Below are positions 13,371-16,699 of a stretch of 16,699 nucleotides of DNA, piece by piece. Under the pieces are notes generated by a model, which saw only the letters and a program-made list of their open reading frames with translations, was not told the origin of the DNA and made no database searches. Both the position numbers and the translations under genes were made by a program. Positions within the stretch are counted from its first letter, which is position 1. Every line of letters starts with the position of its first letter. This DNA comes from an uncultured Elusimicrobia bacterium (GTDB taxonomy: Bacteria; Elusimicrobiota; Elusimicrobia; UBA1565; UBA9628). The stretch is taken from positions 1 through 16,699 of the forward strand of contig CAZZGQ010000043.1 of NCBI GenBank assembly GCA_964653765.1, in the 5' to 3' direction.

Positions 13371-13935
13371 GTGGCCCCGCTCCGTTGGTTGGGCAATTAT
13401 TGTGCTGCTCAGCCTTGTTGTCAATGCGAACGCCTCCTCAGGTCGCGCACCAAGAAATTTTGGCCGCCTCCTCAGCGAGGTGTCCAAGGAGGCGGACCAC
13501 GGACAACTCACGGCCGGACGGGCGGCACTTCTTGGCCTAGACAGGTCTAAGGCTCCATACCCGGCTTTAGTCCGCGACACTGATACAGCCCAAGGCTACG
13601 ATCATATGTTAGAGATCGTATCGGACCCCGCCTCAGGAAAGACAATCAATGTCGTACTATCATCGCACCGGATGCTCGATTCGGAACACGAAGAAGTTCA
13701 TTTTTTTCGATTGTCGCCAAAGGGCGCCCTAGAACTCGCAGTCTTCGGCGAATCGTTTTTCAAAAACGGCGAAGTCGTCAAGGGCGCCGGCAAGGCGGCT
13801 CGCGTGGATCTCAACGCTCCCGGCGTCCAAGACGAGTTCAAGAGCGAGCTGGACTTCTGGCTCAGCGGCAAGTACCGCCAGCAGAGCGCCCCCAAGCCGG
13901 CAAATCCGCATCAGGCTCCTGGCTCAAAGCCGTAA
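13369..13935 (+). CDS. Secreted hypothetical protein (signal peptide), about 188 aa, divergent from and start-overlapping the TPR gene
   Basis: ATG 13369-13371 gives MWPRSVGWAIIVLLSLVVNANASSG as a signal peptide. Mature protein is LLSEVSKEADHGQLTAGRAALLGLDRSKAPYPALVRDTDTAQGYDHMLEIVSDP...FWLSGKYRQQSAPKPANPHQAPGSKP, non-repetitive with no family recognised. About 50% GC. It shares CATG (13368-13371) with the divergent TPR start. Confidence 0.55.
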   Translation: MWPRSVGWAIIVLLSLVVNANASSGRAPRNFGRLLSEVSKEADHGQLTAGRAALLGLDRSKAPYPALVRDTDTAQGYDHMLEIVSDPASGKTINVVLSSHRMLDSEHEEVHFFRLSPKGALELAVFGESFFKNGEVVKGAGKAARVDLNAPGVQDEFKSELDFWLSGKYRQQSAPKPANPHQAPGSKP

Positions 13936-14103
13936 GAGGCTGCGCCTGCCGGCCCAAACGGCCCGAAAACAGGTACGCGCGCCTCGGCTCTCCCCTCGGA
14001 ACCGAGTTTGTTCAATGGTGCATGCTTCAATCCGTGTCCGCAACTTGAACGGGAGCAAGTGAACGTCGGGCGCGCGTTATAGTACCTGGCGACCTCACGA
14101 CCA

Positions 14104-14151
14104 TTGACACTTGGGGCCGCGGCTGATAGACTTGTTAGGAGTAACTAACAA
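14104..14151 (+). promoter_or_regulatory. Near-consensus sigma70 promoter (TTGACA-N17-TAGACT) with overlapping palindromic operator TTGTTAG-N6-CTAACAA upstream of the wHTH-MNT gene
   Basis: Seen: TTGACA 14104-14109, 17-nt spacer, TAGACT 14127-14132. Perfect 7-bp inverted repeat 14132-14138 / 14145-14151 sits across the -10 and start region. Probably autoregulation by the wHTH of the downstream protein. Confidence 0.5.
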
Positions 14152-14160
14152 CTGTTTAAT

Positions 14161-14790
14161 ATGCCTAACGTAACAGGGAAGGGCATATCCACCCACGAGG
14201 ACGCCGAGACGCGCGTGCTGCGGTTTCTTTGGCGCAGCCGCGGCGAGTGGAGCGGGCGAGAAGTCGCGAGGAAGGCTGGCCTCAGCGCCCCCTCCTGCCA
14301 CGAGGCGCTCAAGAGGCTCGATGCCCGCGGTCTCGTGCTGTTTCGGCGGGTCTCAAACGTGCACCTCTACAGGATCAACCCCGACAGCTATTTGGTCCAA
14401 AAGGCGTTCGGCCCCCTTTTCCAAGCCGAGGAAGCACTGCCCAAGGAGATGGAGGCGGCCGTCAAAGACACGCTCACACATCCGGCCAAGCCCAGTGTCC
14501 TCTCGATCGTTCTCTTCGGCAGCATGGCGCGCGGGACCAATATTCGGCCAACGAGCGACCTCGACCTGCTCGTCGTCCTCCCCACCAAGGACGACCTCAA
14601 AGCTCTTGAGCCTCGCCTGGAAGCGCTCCGGGACACCTTGTTCAAGCGCTTCCACGTCCCCCTCTCGCCCTACGTTCAAACCCTCTCCGAGCTGCGGCGC
14701 AAGCACCGCGAGAAGCTGCCGCTAATCGGTCAGATTCTCAAGGACGGCCGTACCATCCACGGCAAAGACATCAAGGAGCTGCTGGCATGA
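14161..14790 (+). CDS. Winged-helix DNA-binding domain fused to a minimal nucleotidyltransferase (MNT, Pol-beta superfamily); MntA-type antitoxin
   Basis: N-terminal wHTH reads RFLWRSRGEWSGREVARKAGLSAPSCHEALKRLDARGLV. NTase signature LSIVLFGSMARGTNIRPTSDLDLLVV matches G[SG]x(9-13)Dx[DE]. TGA stop overlaps the HEPN ATG (ATGA). Confidence 0.8.
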   Translation: MPNVTGKGISTHEDAETRVLRFLWRSRGEWSGREVARKAGLSAPSCHEALKRLDARGLVLFRRVSNVHLYRINPDSYLVQKAFGPLFQAEEALPKEMEAAVKDTLTHPAKPSVLSIVLFGSMARGTNIRPTSDLDLLVVLPTKDDLKALEPRLEALRDTLFKRFHVPLSPYVQTLSELRRKHREKLPLIGQILKDGRTIHGKDIKELLA

Positions 14791-15191
14791 CGCCGAAGCA
14801 ATTCAAGACGCGCTCCGTGGCCCGCGAGCGCCATGCGACCTATCTCAAGAAGGCGAAAGAATTCCTGCGCGCCGCGGAGGCGGCCCTGCGGACGGGCGAT
14901 TGGGACGCGGTGGGCCTCAACGCCGTCCACGCGGCGATCTCGGCGGCGGACGCGGTGCTCGTCTATTACGGCGGCGTCCGCTCGACCGGCGAGCACCACG
15001 ACGTGGCCGGCCTGCTGCGGCAGCACGTTCAAGACGAGCAGCTCGGCGCCAAGATTCAGACGCTTTCGAAAGTCCTGGCCTACAAGAACCTGGCGGCTTA
15101 CGAGGACCGCGAGGTCACCGAGGCCGAGGCCAGGGACGCGGAGAAGCTCGCGCGGCGCTTCTTGGAGTGGGCGCAGAGCCGCTTGGCTTGA
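14787..15191 (+). CDS. HEPN-domain protein (HepT-type toxin partner of MNT; type VII toxin-antitoxin), 134 aa
   Basis: All-alpha protein with an R-x4-H motif (RSTGEHH) mid-sequence. Immediately downstream of and coupled to the MNT gene, the canonical MNT-HEPN pair. Confidence 0.75.
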   Translation: MTPKQFKTRSVARERHATYLKKAKEFLRAAEAALRTGDWDAVGLNAVHAAISAADAVLVYYGGVRSTGEHHDVAGLLRQHVQDEQLGAKIQTLSKVLAYKNLAAYEDREVTEAEARDAEKLARRFLEWAQSRLA

Positions 15192-15244
15192 CCTTAGGCG
15201 GCCGCGCTGGTAACTTTCGTTGCTGACCCGGCATCGTTTCTTCC

Positions 15245-15260
15245 GGTTATGAGCCTTGCG
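15245..15260. repeat. 16-nt exact direct repeat of the tRNA-Met anticodon stem-loop segment (GGTTATGAGCCTTGCG, identical to 8707-8722); candidate distal att core of the integrase island
   Basis: Seen: exact 16-mer shared with the tRNA gene, mismatched on both sides. It lies 54 nt after the HEPN stop, at the point where the composition returns to about 70% GC. It overlaps the palindrome TTGCGCGCAA (15256-15265). Confidence 0.45.
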
Positions 15261-15290
15261 CGCAAAGGGAACGGCGGCTAGACTGGACTC

Positions 15291-15872
15291 ATGCCCCTCT
15301 GGCTGCTGCTGGCCGCGAGCCTGGCCGCCGCCGAGCCGCCGCCCCAGCCGGCCTTCATCGGCATGGGCGAGTACGCGGTGGCCAAGGCGCCGGCGACCCA
15401 TTCCCTCGGTACCCTCGGCGTGGCCACCTGCATCGCCGTCTTCCTCTATGATCCGGCCGCCAAGGCCGGGGCGCTGGGGCACTTCGCCGCGACCACGGAC
15501 GTGGCGCCGTCGATCCGGGCGATGCGGCGCGGCTTGGCGCGGGCGGGTGCCGCGCCTGGGAGGCTGCGCGCCACGTTGATCGGCGGCTGGGACACGCGCA
15601 AGATCCAGGAACAGATGGGCTTTCGCTCCACGTCCCCGGAGCTGCTGGCCGAGATCAAGGCGGCCCTGCGCGGCGTGCCGATCGCCCGCGAGGAGACGCT
15701 CACCGTCCCCTTCAGCGGCAAGCCCGGCATCCGCAACGTCGTGCTGGACCTCGAGACCGGCGAGGTCTCGGATTACCTCCCCTCCGGTCCCGTGACGCCC
15801 TCGGACGCCGGCGCCTCCGACGCCTCCGTGAAGACGCCGCTGCGCCTGCGCGCCCTGACGTCAAGCCGCTAG
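15291..15872 (+). CDS. CheD-family (chemoreceptor glutamine deamidase-like) protein with an N-terminal hydrophobic extension and a Pro/Ser/Ala-rich C-terminal tail; orphan (no che genes nearby)
   Basis: FIGMGEYAVAKAPATHSLGTLGVATCIAVFLYDPAAKAGALGHFA aligns with the CheD core (IGIGEYAV.K.P...TLGLGSCVAV..DP..K.G..H). Catalytic Cys (in ATC) and His (GHF) are present. N-terminus MPLWLLLAASLAAAEPP resembles a signal peptide. A possible promoter TTGCGC-N17-TAGACT sits at 15256-15284. Confidence 0.6.
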   Translation: MPLWLLLAASLAAAEPPPQPAFIGMGEYAVAKAPATHSLGTLGVATCIAVFLYDPAAKAGALGHFAATTDVAPSIRAMRRGLARAGAAPGRLRATLIGGWDTRKIQEQMGFRSTSPELLAEIKAALRGVPIAREETLTVPFSGKPGIRNVVLDLETGEVSDYLPSGPVTPSDAGASDASVKTPLRLRALTSSR

Positions 15873-15906
15873 TCCGGAGGGCGGCTGGTAAGCTAGAATC
15901 CGCTCG

Positions 15907-16614
15907 ATGGCCCCCTCCTCGGAATCGTTGGCGCTGCCTCCCTTCCCGACGCCCGCGCCGGTCGAGGCCGCCGCGGGCGAGGTCCCCGAGATCTGGAGCA
16001 TGCGGCTGTCGGTGCTCGGCGCGGCGCTCTCGATGCCGGCCCTCGGCGCGCTGCTGGCCCCTTCCCTCGCCGCGCGCAGCGCCGTCCACGTGCTCAGCTT
16101 CTCGGTCTACGGCGTGGGCCTGCTGGCGATGTTCCTGACCTCGGCGATCTTCCACGCGCGCGCCGGGCAGGAGCGCGTCTTCGCCAAGTGCCTCGACTAC
16201 GGCGCGATCGGCCTGATGATCGCGGGCAGCTTCACGCCGTACTGCGCCCTGGCGATCGCCACGCCCTTGGCGCGCGGCGTCCTTTCTTGCGTCTGGGTCC
16301 TGGCCCTGGCCGCCCTGATCCTGCGCGTGACGCGGACCGATCTCTCGAAGTGGGTCTTCGTCACCCTGTTCATGGCGATGGGCTCGCTGGCGCTCGCGCT
16401 GGTGCCCTCGCTGTGGCGGGCCCTGGGGCCCGGAGGCCTGCTGCTGACCGCTCTCGGCGGCGCGATCTACGCGGCGGGCACGCTCTTCTTCAACCGCTAC
16501 GAAGGCGACATCGAGCCGCCGGGCTTCGGCCCGCACGACGTCTGGCACATCTTCATCCTGGCCGCGGCCGGGACGCACTGGCTGGTCCTTTACCTCTACA
16601 TGCTGCCGCGCTAG
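15907..16614 (+). CDS. Hemolysin-III / PAQR (YqfA) family 7-TM membrane protein
   Basis: Multiple TM segments and the family's conserved C-terminal H-x3-H-containing helix (GPHDVWHIFILAAAGTHWLVL). Also DYGAIGLMIAGSFTPY. The true start may be the internal Met (MRLSVLG, about 15997). It lies 35 nt downstream of the CheD-like gene on the same strand. Confidence 0.75.
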   Translation: MAPSSESLALPPFPTPAPVEAAAGEVPEIWSMRLSVLGAALSMPALGALLAPSLAARSAVHVLSFSVYGVGLLAMFLTSAIFHARAGQERVFAKCLDYGAIGLMIAGSFTPYCALAIATPLARGVLSCVWVLALAALILRVTRTDLSKWVFVTLFMAMGSLALALVPSLWRALGPGGLLLTALGGAIYAAGTLFFNRYEGDIEPPGFGPHDVWHIFILAAAGTHWLVLYLYMLPR

Positions 16615-16699
16615 GCGGTCGGCCAGGGACGCGGCCGCTCGAGGGCGGGGCGGTCCCAGCGCCCGAGCGTGGCCCCCGCCTCGTAGGCTCCCTGCATGA

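Noticed and set aside
11955-13550. 531-aa plus-strand ORF opposite the TPR gene, and 2227..3312 (+), 1057..1665 (+), 693..1223 (+), 614..1585 upstream extension
   Set aside because: Arg-rich GC-frame artefacts. In each case the opposite-strand or alternative-frame gene has a signal peptide or conserved domain.
14026-14052. Weak resemblance of gcttcaatccgtgtccgcaactt to the tRNA T-arm and acceptor 3' end (GGTTCAAATCC…CCGCAACCA), which would be a possible old att relic
   Set aside because: Only about 20 of 29 positions match even with a gap, and the strand is inverted relative to the tRNA. This is not distinguishable from chance.
1-16699. CRISPR arrays, rRNA genes, IS elements or transposases
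   Set aside because: No regularly spaced short direct repeats, no rRNA-like conserved stretches and no transposase-like ORFs or terminal inverted repeats were seen. The only mobility gene is the tyrosine recombinase.
16615-16699. Possible minus-strand gene start at the window end (MQGAYEAG…)
   Set aside because: The frame hits a stop after 28 codons inside the window, so there is no evidence of a real gene.

Overview
This is high-GC (about 70%) bacterial DNA with two distinct parts. Coordinates 1-8670 look like core chromosome. They contain an outer-membrane barrel C-terminus, a minus-strand hypothetical/pal/lipoprotein operon divergent from a LysR regulator with an ATC-N9-GAT box, a DUF1330-like gene, a coiled-coil protein next to a flotillin (SPFH) gene, rlmF, and a convergent RsgA-like circularly permuted GTPase that lacks the C-terminal zinc finger and is translationally coupled to an upstream 48-aa Cys/His micro-ORF. 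A tRNA-Met (CAU) on the minus strand at 8671-8747 marks the transition. To its right (about 8750-15260) is a roughly 6.5 kb accessory segment with patches of markedly lower GC. It carries a tyrosine recombinase coupled by ATGA overlap to a 245-aa unknown protein, an XRE HTH gene, a convergent class-II Fic AMPylase with a C-terminal wHTH, and a signal-peptide TPR protein with a C-terminal membrane anchor. That TPR gene's start overlaps (CATG) a divergent secreted hypothetical protein. Last comes a wHTH-fused MNT nucleotidyltransferase with a HEPN partner (HepT/MntA-type toxin-antitoxin) behind a consensus promoter and palindromic operator. A 16-nt exact copy of the tRNA anticodon stem-loop (8707-8722) recurs at 15245-15260, just past the HEPN gene. 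I read this as the candidate far att site of a small integrative island, though the geometry is atypical. Beyond it, back in high GC, lie an orphan CheD-like deamidase with a hydrophobic N-terminus and a hemolysin-III/PAQR membrane protein. A further signal is a roughly 78-nt imperfect direct repeat (426-503 and 8590-8667, about 8.1 kb apart), each copy carrying a minus-strand intrinsic terminator. Several long Arg/Ala/Gly-rich ORFs in the six-frame track are wrong-frame artefacts of the high GC. I found no CRISPR arrays or rRNA genes.
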